From Laetmonice hystrix (Eukaryota), in the NCBI GenBank assembly GCA_965235115.1, contig OZ249441.1, positions 35,774,001 through 35,838,000 on the forward strand: a stretch of DNA of 64,000 nucleotides. The letters are read 5' to 3'. This document shows positions 12,479-24,950 of the stretch, one piece after another (within the stretch, counting starts at the first letter, position 1; each line of letters starts with the position of its first letter). The translations under genes were made by a program, and so were the position numbers. The notes under the pieces were generated by a model, which was given only the letters and a program-made list of their open reading frames with translations, had not been told where the DNA came from and did no database searches.

Positions 12479-15400
12479 GTAGAAAAAACCAATGGTGCTT
12501 TAATCGCCAATTATCCACAGCAATTGAAACACCTGGCGGGAACGTCGGAAAATTAAGTCTTTTCAAGCGGTGTCCAAGGGTGGACTACATTGACCCTAGT
12601 TCCGTTATATTACCCCCACAGCCAAGGGCGTCAAGGGTGTAGTTCACACTTTGAAGTGTCGGCTTGTTACAACCCGCCGCCCGGGTTGAGGAGTTATCTG
12701 ACAGACAGCATCGCCCGTCAAACGACGACCACACAGTATCAGAACGGTCATTGTTACCGTCAACTGACGACTTCCAGACCGCGGGGTCACAATAACACGG
12801 GGGTCACTTCACATAGAGTGGAGGGAAGGGGTTGGCGGGTTACACGGTCAAGGACCAATGTCGGTGTGGATTTAGTAATCCACATGATGTGTATGGATTT
12901 ATAATCCTGCAGTTTACAAGTCAGGATCGGATTAGGAGAGATGAAGACGGGGATTGGGTATACTTGACTCGGAGAGCCGGCGGTCGACGTTTGAAGACCG
13001 GGCCGGTGACCGCCCGCCGGTCGGACCGAGCAGGGCCCCCGTGAGACGGTCACGGCTCGCTGAACCCCTTTGTCCGTATACTACTCATGGGATCATATCG
13101 GTCTTCATCAGTCACAGAAAGAAATGACATTCCTGGACAGGGCTGAGTAACAGTCGGACACAAACAGATGTCGGGTCCTGGGGTGGCACAGACAGAATCA
13201 GTTTAGTGTCTGTCGAGTTTGTAGAAGCAGAAAGTTGGCAATAGATGGCAGAAGAAAGGCGGCATCTTGAAGCTGTCTTTACGGTGGTCTACCTCCCGCT
13301 GGCTGGGCCGGGCTGACCCTGAGAACGACTGATTGCGACTGACCGGCCTCCCACCGACCACAGCCCGTCACTCTACCCGCCCCCCGCACACCCCTCACCG
13401 GCCTGTTGATTGAGAAGTGATTGTCACACGGCTCTGGTCATAAACTGATCTCTTTTCTATACACACCAATGTATTTGATCTTTGCATCGAGTTGGCATAT
13501 TGCAGAGATGCCGACAGCCCGGTGTGATATGGCTATCGACGCCAACCATCTGGGATCGTGTAGTAATTAGATAGATTGTTCGTTTGTATCCGGAATCGGT
13601 CGTCCGACACAAACAGAATCAGTCGTCCGACACAAACAGTGTACAAAATATGAGTTTTAAACACGTCAACGGCATCGGTGACTTTACCATGCAAAGACTT
13701 GGGGTGTCTATAGGCTGCATGCAGGTACATCACTGCAAGGTTCATGACTAAAACAGCCAAGGCATTGAGATACAGAGTATCTCTCATGGCATTCCCCCAC
13801 CCGACGCATATACCCACCCCACCCCACCTATAGGCCCCTATAACGTGTTTTACCTGCCGCTACGCAAGCATGCAGGGGTAAGTCAATAAATCTTGTTTTT
13901 TACGCAGTCTCTCATTACTGGTAATTAATAACATTATTTTTGACACGATCCGGGGACGATTTCAAAGTGGCAATAAGGGCGCTGTGCTGTATGGGAGGCA
14001 GTGCACGACTATGTGCCCATCCCGGGCCAGGTCTATAGGTTACACCGGGGTCGGTCCCGGCGCCTCCCGTACCGACCCAAGGGACATCAACAGCCAGGCC
14101 GGGAGGTCGTCGTCAAGATTTTACATCTCCCGGGGCTCCTCCCACCTGACATGTTTCAGTACTGATCGACATCAACTCCACCACATCCATGCCCTCCCCG
14201 GCCCATGTTGGACGACACCAGGTACAATTATTTACCTAATTTGTCGCCACAAGGTCGGGTTGAGGCTGAGAGGGGCCACCCCGCCCGGGTCCAGGACCGG
14301 GGCACCCAGACCACATGGAGAGCAAGCAAACGGACAAGTTGATTCTTTCACACGGCTCTTCCATGAGGTGAGCCCCGCCCGCCTCTTAGACTGTGATTGA
14401 TTCTGCCATAACCCCAGGGCCATGTCTGATGTCTGCTAATAGAATCGTAATGAATTTATACGAGCGGTCTTTGTCACCTGCACCGCCTGGCCGCAGGGTG
14501 TGCGACAGTTGTGTAAAGCCTCACCATCGTCAGCTATTGTAGAGTTGTCACTGTCAGACATGAGCTCCGCACATATAGTACCGAAGAAATGCACTGGGAT
14601 TTTTTTTTCTCGTCCCCCTAGCGGCGGGTTGACAACACTACTAAGATGGATGAGGCATTGATGAGTGGCCATATTCAGCGTTTTTCAGCATGGCGTCAGC
14701 GGCAGGACTACAGGTAGCCACATACACGTCGGCCTCACACATTGGTCAATACTGAAATCTGAACGCTGTCTACTTAGACTGTCCTGGGGGTCAACCATTT
14801 TTTCATATATAGAGTTTAATACAGAATCTAGGGAACAAGCATTAATCGATATCCTTATACTTAAAGGGACATATAGCAAATATAACCATCACCAACGCCC
14901 AAAGTGTCTCAGTCTTAGCCATGTTTCTGAATTCTTTAGCCTGGCAATGGTCTTAAAAGTAAGAAAAGAGAGATAGTATCTAAATTTATGAATATAAACA
15001 AAGCAAGCAAAACGACCTTCGCGGTCTGTATTTGTAAACGTTCACCAATACGCAGCGAACTGCGTGAAAGAAGCAAGCATCTGATTTTCCCGAGTTTGGG
15101 GCCATTATCAAAAAATCTATTTATGCCACCGTATCTATTTTAATACGACCACTATCGGCCTTACTACATGATGAAATACATGGTTGTGGTATTTTTGGTT
15201 TGGTTGATAAAAAGACTCCGGGTGCCTCTTTAAAGGACAAACTTTATTAGGAAAAACTGTCGCTATCCCCTACCAATGTGGATTTAATAAGTCGTATTGG
15301 GTTTAAAACGTCTGTGCTGGTGTAATCCTTTAAGGGATTAATCTCAACACACGACTGGCCAATCAATGGCCTCCTCACGCCACATGGTGGTTGTTGGTGA

Positions 15401-15736
15401 CCGCTAGGTGGAGCTAATTGTGCACTGCCCACAAAAGCCAGATCTGATCCATAACACTTGAAATCAGCTTCTAAATCACATTAAAGTTGATCTGCCCGTC
15501 CCAAGTTGACGCACCAAATGTAAGCTATCCACGGCGGCCGTTGGCGGCAGGGACGAGCCATCAAAAGCCGAGCGCTCTTTGTACTTGACTTTGCCCGGGC
15601 CATCCGGGCGTCAAGCCGGCCGAGAAAGGATGAAATCGGGCGTGAATCGTTCAGAACGGGGGGCCTCTCGACCGGGACAAGTCGGCTAGCTCACAGGTAG
15701 AGATATCTTCCAAGTTATCATTTTCTTTTGACACTG

Positions 15737-15980
15737 CTTGTAACAGGTCGCTTATATTAAGTCATGAAAACTGTGAAATGGAGGGGCTTGTAACACGTCG
15801 CGTATTAAGCCATGAACGCTATGAAATGGAGGGTCTTGTAACAGGTCGCTTACATTAAGTCATGAAAACTATGAAAATGGAGGGGCTTGTAACAGGTCGC
15901 TTATATTAAGCCATGAACGCTATGAAACGGAGGAGCTTGTAACAGGTCGCGTATATTAAGTTATGAAAGCTATGAAATGG
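15737..15980. repeat. Diverged ~50-bp tandem repeat x5
   Basis: cttgtaacaggtcgcttatattaagtcatgaaaactatgaaatggagggg. Confidence 0.85.
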
Positions 15981-18039
15981 ACAGGCGACTGAAACAGATA
16001 CATGTTCATTTTTGTCCTATCAAAGACACTATATATTGACATATCCACGTCAAATCTAATGCTTACACTACAAAATCTCACAAGCCAAAGGTTCACAAGA
16101 TAAATGCTAGCAAAGATGCGACAACAGCATGACAAATATATGGTGAAAATAGAAAATTAAACAATTAATAAACCGGTCAACTTTTCTTCCCTGCCATTCC
16201 CCCGATTTGAAGTTTTAACATTTAACATCTTCCATGGATTTTACATAAGCCTATTCCCACTTTCACATGCACTTAATACCCCTATTTAGCGATCGGGACC
16301 CTCTATAGATCTACAGATTACTAACGCAATGGGCCACAGGTATATCACACATGAGGTGATGCCATTATTCACATAAAGATAGACCCTAACCACAACCCCT
16401 CCCCCTCCCCTCCACCCCCATCCCATCCCGGTCAAAGGTCACTCGGCCGATTCCCATTTCTTTTATTTTGTACCTTTGACGCCACCGGAAACCGGCTGTC
16501 GGTGAGGTATCTGAATCACCATCTTAACCTTACGGAAAGGTATGCAAGAGGCTGTCAACTGCGAGTGTCCGACCGAGTCGGAGGCCACGCCAATATGTTA
16601 CAGACTTGTCAGGGTATTTTATCGGCGCTCAGTGGAGAGTCCCTCCCAGTATATGGCCAGGATAACGCCGTCTTATCACGGCACGTTAAAAGGTCAAAAG
16701 ACTCGTCAACTCGCACTTCCGCTATCATGATGTAAAAACCCGTTTCATTTGCAGTGGATTTCTATAGGTCAGTGATCGAGAGAAATTGTGCTGAATGTGC
16801 CGGGGATTGCGTTTGACATGGTCTCTGAAAGTGTATTGGATTTTTCTTTGGCTGTTGCGTGGGAAACGTCAGAAGTGATGAGACCACACCTGATATATAT
16901 ATTATGAAGGGTTGTATGGTTCTCAGCCTACAGCTTGCTGCTTAAATTAAATCCACATGTCGGGAGAAAGAGGCCTGCAATCGACTTTAGTTCTCTCTTA
17001 CTTCCCTTACGAGAGATAGATAAATTATTTAACATGGATAGGACTATACATGAAACAGATTTATATGCTACAACCCTGGTACTAGGTTTAGCGGGGACAT
17101 ATACTTGGCACGGTATTATAGCCAGCCAGACGTCCTTGCACAACCAACACACATTTCTGGCAAGGAAATATGTTGAGGCCTTGCGTTCGGGAAACCAGAC
17201 TTAAGTCATGCCCAAAGGGAAAGTGGGGTTCCAACCATTTCCAATACCTTAACTTCCATGAAGTATTAATACCTTAACTTCCATGAAGTAGGCCTATTTG
17301 TTGACAAGATACGATAGATTGACTTTATGTTCAATTAAGTGGATATGAAAAAAATGCTGCCTACATCACTAAATGTATATCAAATGTCATATACCTCTGT
17401 GCACTCATCATCCCCTCTCTATATGACAGAAATGAGCAATGCTGGTATATCGACATGTTTCATCGGATATGACTTAAAACGCTCCGAAAAAATGGCAAAT
17501 ATTTTTAAGTCGCAGCGGTCCCGCCAGTCGTGCACGTGACGGTAGTCTTCCATGGTGGCCGCCAGATGGAGCGCCTGTTGCGACATGTTGGACGTCTGCG
17601 GTGACGTCGAAACACAACCCTCAAAAACGTAGCCCCCCAAGGGAGCCGATCAGAAGGTCGTCATGCAGCACACGGGTGGGTTAGCCCCGTGTATCTGGCT
17701 GGTCTGTATCCGGTATCAGAGAACAGCCCAGCCCATCGTCATGTGACGGTCTGAGAACAGAAGACAATAACGTTGTAGGACAAGTCGCCGCCATATCGCA
17801 GCCACACACTTGACGTGCACGCATGACTTTTGTACGGGTAGACCTAACGGAAGTGGTCTGTGCACGAGTCGGCTGGACGGGTTGATAGTACACCACGCAG
17901 GAAATGGGAAATCCTACCTCTAAGTTTGGTGATCTCAGCATGATAGCGCTTTGAGCGAGTTATGAAAGGGGGCCACCATAATGAGATTAAATTCTACGAC
18001 AGGGACTCTAAATCGCATGACGTTTCAGTAACAAGACCT

Positions 18040-19560
18040 TTGGCTTATGGACGTCTTCGTATTACACTGGGCCAACAGTTTTCTACAAGTATAATATAGG
18101 TTTTAGAATGCTGGGGAGCTGCATCAGAGTTCAGCTGCTAAGGCTTGGATGATAGGATATATAATAGGAAGATATTCAAAGTTGTAGCGGAGCAGGGGAG
18201 AAGACAGACCGACTTTTCATGCGAAGCCCTCACTCAGGGTTTCTTATAGAGCTATTAATAATAGCGAGGTGGTCAGCTGCGTCTATTTCGACTTCTCAAA
18301 GGCATTTCATACCTGAATCATGGAACTGGGTAAACTGGAATTATATGGTTGTGATAGGACTGTCCTTAACTGGCTGAAGTCGTAGGCCTAATTAGGAGGA
18401 AGGAGCCAACGTACCAGGGCAAATGGAACAATATCGAATGGAGAAAATGTATGCTACGGAGTCCCACAAGGATCAGTCCTGGGAGCGTTATTATTTATAT
18501 TCTACGTCAATGGTTATTATACGAGATTTTGAACGGACATATCGCAATGTATGCAGATGACACTGTCCGCTGTAACAGATCCCAGACAATCAGTGAAACT
18601 ATCATAGCTGGTCACTGACCAACTTATTCATTGGTGTCAACTCAACCAAATGACAATAGAGAATGACAAGACTAACCATATGCTGTTCTATATCACTGTT
18701 GAAGGAAAGAGGTGGGTCAATGTGGCGACTTATAACTACCTTGGAGTTAGCCAAGATAATAAACTGAATTACGAAAGTTTCCTTAATATCACAATCAAAA
18801 AGGTTTCTCATCGGATCTTTATGTTATCAAAAGCAATCCATAAGATAAATAAAGAAACAGCAATACTTATTTACAAACAAATGACTTTTCCATACAGACA
18901 ACTCAGGCTTTCTAGTTGACTGTGCCCCTAAAAAGGTTAATTGTAAATTAAAGGTGCTATTAGTGAAAAAAAGTTCAATTTTTTTATTTCTAATTTTGTT
19001 GACGTTTATGTGATCCCACCTATCATGGAAATAGATTCACAACAAAGAAAATCAAAGTTTTTGATGGATAACGACACAAATGGGGCTTTCTCGGAAGGCC
19101 TGTGGAGACCCTGACACGCCCCACCATAGGAAATGGCTCTATCTCGGTGCGCACCGAGATAGGTTTCAAATGCTGTACACAAACTAATAGAAGGTTTATC
19201 AGGCCAATGGTATCGGTAGGAATTTTTTCTAGTACTATGTGCACAATGTATGATAGGAGAAATGCCATTCTGTGCGAGACGAATAGCACCTTTAAAGAAA
19301 CTACGAAATAGACCTCTCCGACTAATAAGAATGTCAAAAAACCGGATCGAGAGATGCTGAACACAGAAGAACTATACACACAATTATGGTATACAACTTC
19401 CTGATTTTATGGCACATGTATAGGTGTTCAAAAAAGTTTCTTTTGCTCAAAAATGACCCACAAGGTACCCAATCAAAAAGATACGATTTAAAATTGACAG
19501 ACCTAAAAAGGCACTTTACTTTCGACGCCTATGCAATGTGCAATGGACTACCAGTGGGGG
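18040..19560 (+). mobile_element. Decayed L2/CR1-clade LINE ORF2 (reverse transcriptase and C-terminus), interrupted by a MITE at 18952-19291
   Basis: Frameshifted motifs YFDFSKAF (~18285), GVPQGSVLG (~18458), MYADDT (~18547), YNYLGV..DNKL (ORF 18650-18919) and a C-terminal CNGLP after the MITE. Confidence 0.85.
18952..19291. mobile_element. MITE, TTAA target duplication, AGGTGCTATT TIRs (Kolobok-like); copy 1
   Basis: TTAA|AGGTGCTATT...AATAGCACCT|TTAA; near-identical copy at 33398-33736. Confidence 0.85.
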
Positions 19561-21849
19561 TTGGCTGTGTGGATTTGGACGATCTGTCCTCTCTGGGACT
19601 TTGTAAACTCTAGAAACCTCACCCTGCTTTTGATGTTGGCTGACACAAACAGACAAACCTCTCTGAAATAGTTGGCGTCGATGCGAAGGTGGCATTACAC
19701 GCGTGTGGTATGACTGCGAGGAGCGGGCTACTTCAGCGCCCCCTAACGGAATATTACACAGTATCTGCAAGACAGTGCAGTCTTGATGAGCCGTCAGAGG
19801 GCGTCCGCGTCTGCCGTCTATCGGCCACCGTTCTTGTCTGCAACTCTAATTTATAGTGGGTGTACCTTGAATCAATGGACTTGCACAGTAGGCCTATTGG
19901 GGGGGGGGGGGGGGGGGGTCCTGGCTGACGACCAGGCTGCGACTGTAAATCGCAGGCAATCTTAGAAAAGTCCTGCCACAAGTCATGGGTGGACGTAGCC
20001 TCTCACATAGGCCGTCCGTATGTACGGCCTATCAGCTAACGAACGGCTACGAGAACAAACGTTCAACCCGCAGAATGAATGTACACCCCTACCTCTTCCA
20101 TCAATTCTAAATAAAAGATTGCCTTTACCTTCAGCTACTGAGCCCAATGAACTTACTTGGTGTTCCTCTAAGCAACAGATTCGGCCCATTTTCCAAACCA
20201 AGCGACCACTTTCCATAGTCTTACAACCGACGCCATTTTTTTAAACCCACATCCGGGGTCAAGCTCACGAAGGGAGCAACCATTTCAGACGTTGGCTATT
20301 AGTTTGGCGCCATAATGGAGGAATTGCTGTTTGGTCTAGAATAATAAATGCTCCCCTGCTGGTCGCCAGTGCACATGTTTTGAACATGCGCAGTAGAACA
20401 AACAGTATGGCGGCTAACGGCAGTGAACCAGCGCGATTCGGAATTTCGAAAGTCTGATTTATTAAAACTTTGGGCAAAAATCCTCGGAAAAGTGTGCAGC
20501 AGAGGAACAGAAGATGGGCTACGTTAGAATTGACACCTCAACTGGCAGTAGTTACGATGGATTTTGCACAGTGAGTGATTGACATAGGAGGTAGGGTTTT
20601 TCGCGTTAACGCTGTCCGTCCCTACACTGGGACGATACTCCGTCTAGGGTGGTCGTGGCTATAGTCTTGGATATTCGCACGACCAAAATCAGTCGCAGAG
20701 AGGTTGTTGCTCAGGTGCAACAACCTGCCTGCGACTGACGACTGAAGAAGTCGCAGGCTAGTCGTCATTTGTCGTGCGACGGTCGTGCGATGGTCTGGGG
20801 CGAAGTCTGTGGTGGTCGCACGTTGTTATGACCGATCGTAGGATTCTCCTGTCGTACAACAATTGCACGACCTTCTACAACCAGTCGCAGGACTTGTTGT
20901 GAAATTAGAGCTGATGGCATGACCAGTCGCAGGACTTGTTAGAGCTGATGGCATGACCAGTCGCAGGACGAAGCAAGACAAGTCTATCAGCAGTGAAACG
21001 GGCCTACAAATGAGGAAATTTAAAGAATCTCCAGATCTATTTCCAATGGACTATATACATCTGACGATTTACACAGCGACACCTCCGCGCGTAAGTTTTT
21101 GGCGAAGTAAAGCGTCAAATAAGGGCGTCTACGCTTAGCCCCCTAGCGGAGAAACCGGAGGGCTTGTCATCGGTCCCTACGAGAGGCTACGGTCTGCATC
21201 ACGCATGACCCTGTTGGCCACGCTCCAAGCAGAGATCGGTCACTCCGATGACACAGACTAACGCAACGGAAGCGCCATTTTCCCAATCTCGCATAATGCA
21301 GAGGGGCTCGCTCCACTACCCCGCTGCAAAACATGACATTTTACCGGCAAAATCGGGCCCCTTCGCCTTTAACCCCATTTTTGCAAGGTCGGCCGTCCTG
21401 TATGGTATCTGTAAAATTTAACCTACCTCTAAATCCCAAAACCGAGATTATACCAAGTGACATTCATCGTACAAGAGAAATACCTGATGAAATATTAGGA
21501 ACTAGGCCTACATTTGCGGAGTGAAATCAGCTAGGCCTATAGTCGCAAATCGGTTGGCCAATTTCGGGAGGATTCGAAATACTTCGGGGGTTTCCGACTA
21601 GGTACTTCCGTTCAACATCGGCTGCAGATGATTTCTCCGAAGATTTATGTTTGTGTGGCATTATATTCTGACAGTCTGCGCCGTAAACGTAAACAACAAG
21701 AGTGCCTCAGCAAAATCGAGCAGCCACGATTCGAACTCAGCACTGTTCAGCTGCCCGGTCGGGGATTTCTAGGTCAGGTCAGGGGTCACTCAAACGGCAG
21801 TACCTAGCGTGTGGCAGAGATTGAATGAAGTGAACGATCTCTGTCAGTG

Positions 21850-22240
21850 GCATGGGTATGTCACACGTCACAAGCACTGACGGTCACCGAAACAGCAGTA
21901 TCCATGAACGGAATGTTTAAATTGGGAATGATTAAATTGGGAATGTAGCCATACGGCTACATCACTGGCAGGTCTTCTCCTCAAAGACCTGGAAGGTCCG
22001 GCGCGCTCATTGCCCCCCCCCCCCAGCCTAAAGAGGCCCATACTATATACCTTCGAATAAGCTTTGATCACATGCCAGTATCCAGCACAGCCACCATACT
22101 GCCTATGTTGTCCATACATCCTGACAACTTTACCGTAGTTTTTCGCAACATTCAGTCTCTCACTGCCCACATGCCCGCCCTGCTCCATAACAAAGAGCTG
22201 TTTGTAGTGCAAATCACTGGAATTTCCGAGAGATCGCAAC
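21850..22240 (+). mobile_element. Degenerate Helitron2/Helentron fragment (PIF1-like helicase C-terminus followed by AP-endonuclease N-terminus)
   Basis: Frames give AWVCHTSQALTVTETAVSMNGMFKLGM (helicase-like), TATSLAGLLLKDL, then MP...FTVVFRNIQSLTAH...QITGISE (endonuclease-like); stops and frameshifts present. Confidence 0.65.
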
Positions 22241-24157
22241 ACAGACCCCCCCCCCTCCCCAGTCTCTCCCTCTCGATCATTGCCTTGGTAAAAAATAATT
22301 ACCCACACCTTGCCTTCACATCTCTACGGCGGAGTTGCATTTTACATACGTGACACAGTACAATTACAGGACACTGGATATGTACAGTCACAGATGTTCA
22401 GTTGATTGTAATACATGTGTACATGCTCTAGTCCAAACATTTCCAGGCGCATGGCTGCTATCATCAAGAATAAAAGCCAACCTCTCTAGGCTGAGTGTCT
22501 CTAACATTACTGCTTGTTTTTGCACTATCGAATAACGGATAGGGATTGCTTCAGACAGTGAAATGAGTACAAAAAGCTTGTCCTAACAACTGTTTATGGT
22601 AATAAGGGAATAAAGTGATTAAATAACATTGTCGTTATTTTATTATTCATTCATTCATGCCATGTGGACAGAAGCGAGGCAGTTTTGTCGTTGCAGTGAG
22701 TGAATGGTTGAATAAATTGCCAGAAATGCCCAAGAAAGTAGGTGGCCAAAAATTGTTCATTTTTAATTTGTACATTATGATAAACACTACACTCCCTGGG
22801 GACACAGCTGGTATCGCACTGTTATAATACAGCGACCATTTTCTTCACCTGTGACTGCATCTACCTTCTCATGCGAACATCGCACTGTTGTGAACTGTTT
22901 TTTTTTATATTGGACGACCAATATCCTTACTCAATTTTAAACCTTAGATTTCTAAATAATTATAATGATCATTTGACTAAAGTTATTATTTGACCAAGGA
23001 TACCGAAGGAGTCTGCCAGAAATACTATCAGGGGTCGTCGTTAAAGAATGTGAGGACAGTTAGGTAAGTGATATGGCTCAAACGTAAAACCTTGCAACAT
23101 TTGGAAATTGTCCTTCATTATGGTTAAAACAATGTGGCATTGCCGCATTGCCGCGTTACCGCATTAATCACCTAGAGTGATCACTGCCCAATTCTCTTCA
23201 CAGGGCACCGTACATCCGCCCCAAACGAGTCAAGCTTGAACACATTTAGCAAATAAAGTGACCATCAGGGGAACAAGTGTCATTTTTGTCATAACTAAAA
23301 TCTAGCTTTACAAACTATAAAAGTTTCAATCACGGGTGTTTGTAGTGCGGTGGGACACTCGCAGCAGGACGTTTACCACAGTGATAGTCGACTGCCATAG
23401 ACCAGGCGCCTCATAAATATTTTCCATTCTTCGTTTTTACATGAGTTCAGAGTACAAAAAAATGTATACTATTTTAGCATGCAATTTCAGTATATCACGC
23501 ACACCTACCTTTAAAAAAAATTAAATCCTCATTTCCTAACCGTATATACAACCCCAAAAAAGGGGATACCTTCGACTCAACTGAGCAATTTCTAGTTTAA
23601 CTTTGAAATATGTAGGGCGCTTGGTGTCAGTCATAAAAATGCAGGGCCTTGGCCCAGAGCTAAAGAATTTTAGTGGGATCACCCATTATAGGTTATAGGG
23701 CCTACACCATGCAGTGAACAACTAAAGATTCCAAGTGGCCTACATCAATATGGTTTACGTTGCTGCTAGTAAATTTACATAACGGTCTAATCAAACAGTC
23801 CTTGTGGCAGCGCCTTGCTCGGGACGACCAGATCGATGTATAAATAGGACTTGAGTTGTAGGGAGCCGGGCACAGGTGGACGTGGCAAGTACGGTGGCCC
23901 AGAAGTACAAAGTGTTGTATTTCACAGACCACTTGAAAATCCTTTGCTTCACAGTGAAATTCCATCGCTTCCAGTGAAATTCATTGTTTTCTCATACAAT
24001 TCATTCGCTTCACAGTGGAATTCCTAGCCTTCACACTAAAATTTCTGTTCTTCACAGGAAATTTCTTAATTGCCTTCTCAGACGGTTCCTTCGCTTCACA
24101 AGAGTTGTCCGAGAAGACAAGGAATTGATTGAGAAGGCAAGGAATTAACTGAGAAGA

Positions 24158-24660
24158 CCAGAAAATCCAGTGTGAAGGCCAGGAATTCCACTGTGAAGGC
24201 CAGGAATTCCAGTGTGAAGGCCAGGAATTCCAGTGTGAAGGCCAGGAATTCCAGTGTGAAGGCCAGGAATTCCAGTGTGAAGGCCATGAATTCCACTGTG
24301 AATGCCAGGAATTCCAGTGTGAAGGCCAGGAATTCCACTGTGAAGGCCAGGAATTCCACTGTGAAGGCCAGGAATTCCACTGTGAAGGCCAGGAATTCCA
24401 GTGTGAAGGCCAGGAATTCCAGTGTGAAGGCCAGGAATTCCAGTGTGAAGGCCAGGAATTCCAGTGTGAAGGCCAGGAATTCCACTGTGAAGGCCAGGAA
24501 TTCCACTGTGAAGGCCAGGAATTCCAGTGTGAAGGCCAGGAATTCCACTGTAAAGGCCAGGAGTTCCACTGTGAAGGCCAGGAATTCCACTGTGAAGGCC
24601 AGGAATTCCAGTGTGAAGGCCAGGAATTCCAGTGTGAAGGCCAGGAATTTGACTGTGAAT
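24158..24660. repeat. 21-bp minisatellite (ccaggaattcca(g/c)tgtgaagg), ~24 copies, upstream of PEP mutase
   Basis: Direct reading; degenerate units extend leftwards to ~23940. Confidence 0.95.
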
Positions 24661-24950
24661 CGTCGTAATTGTCTGTGAAGACAAGGTATTTCACTGTGAA
24701 ACACAGGAATTGTCACAGGAACCACAGCAGTTTGTACTTCTCGGCCACCGTAGTACGGTGGTTGTCTCTGTTCGCGTGTCTCGGACACATTCAGACCTGA
24801 AGCGATTAATTTGACTCCGTACTCCCCCAAGCGACCACGTGTAACAGTAACTGTCAAACGTCTTTCAGAGGTCAACCTCGGCACGCCGTCACCGCGTTCT
24901 GCTTCAACTGGGACTTTTTCTGGATCTCGAAATCCTTCCACAGGTTACAA

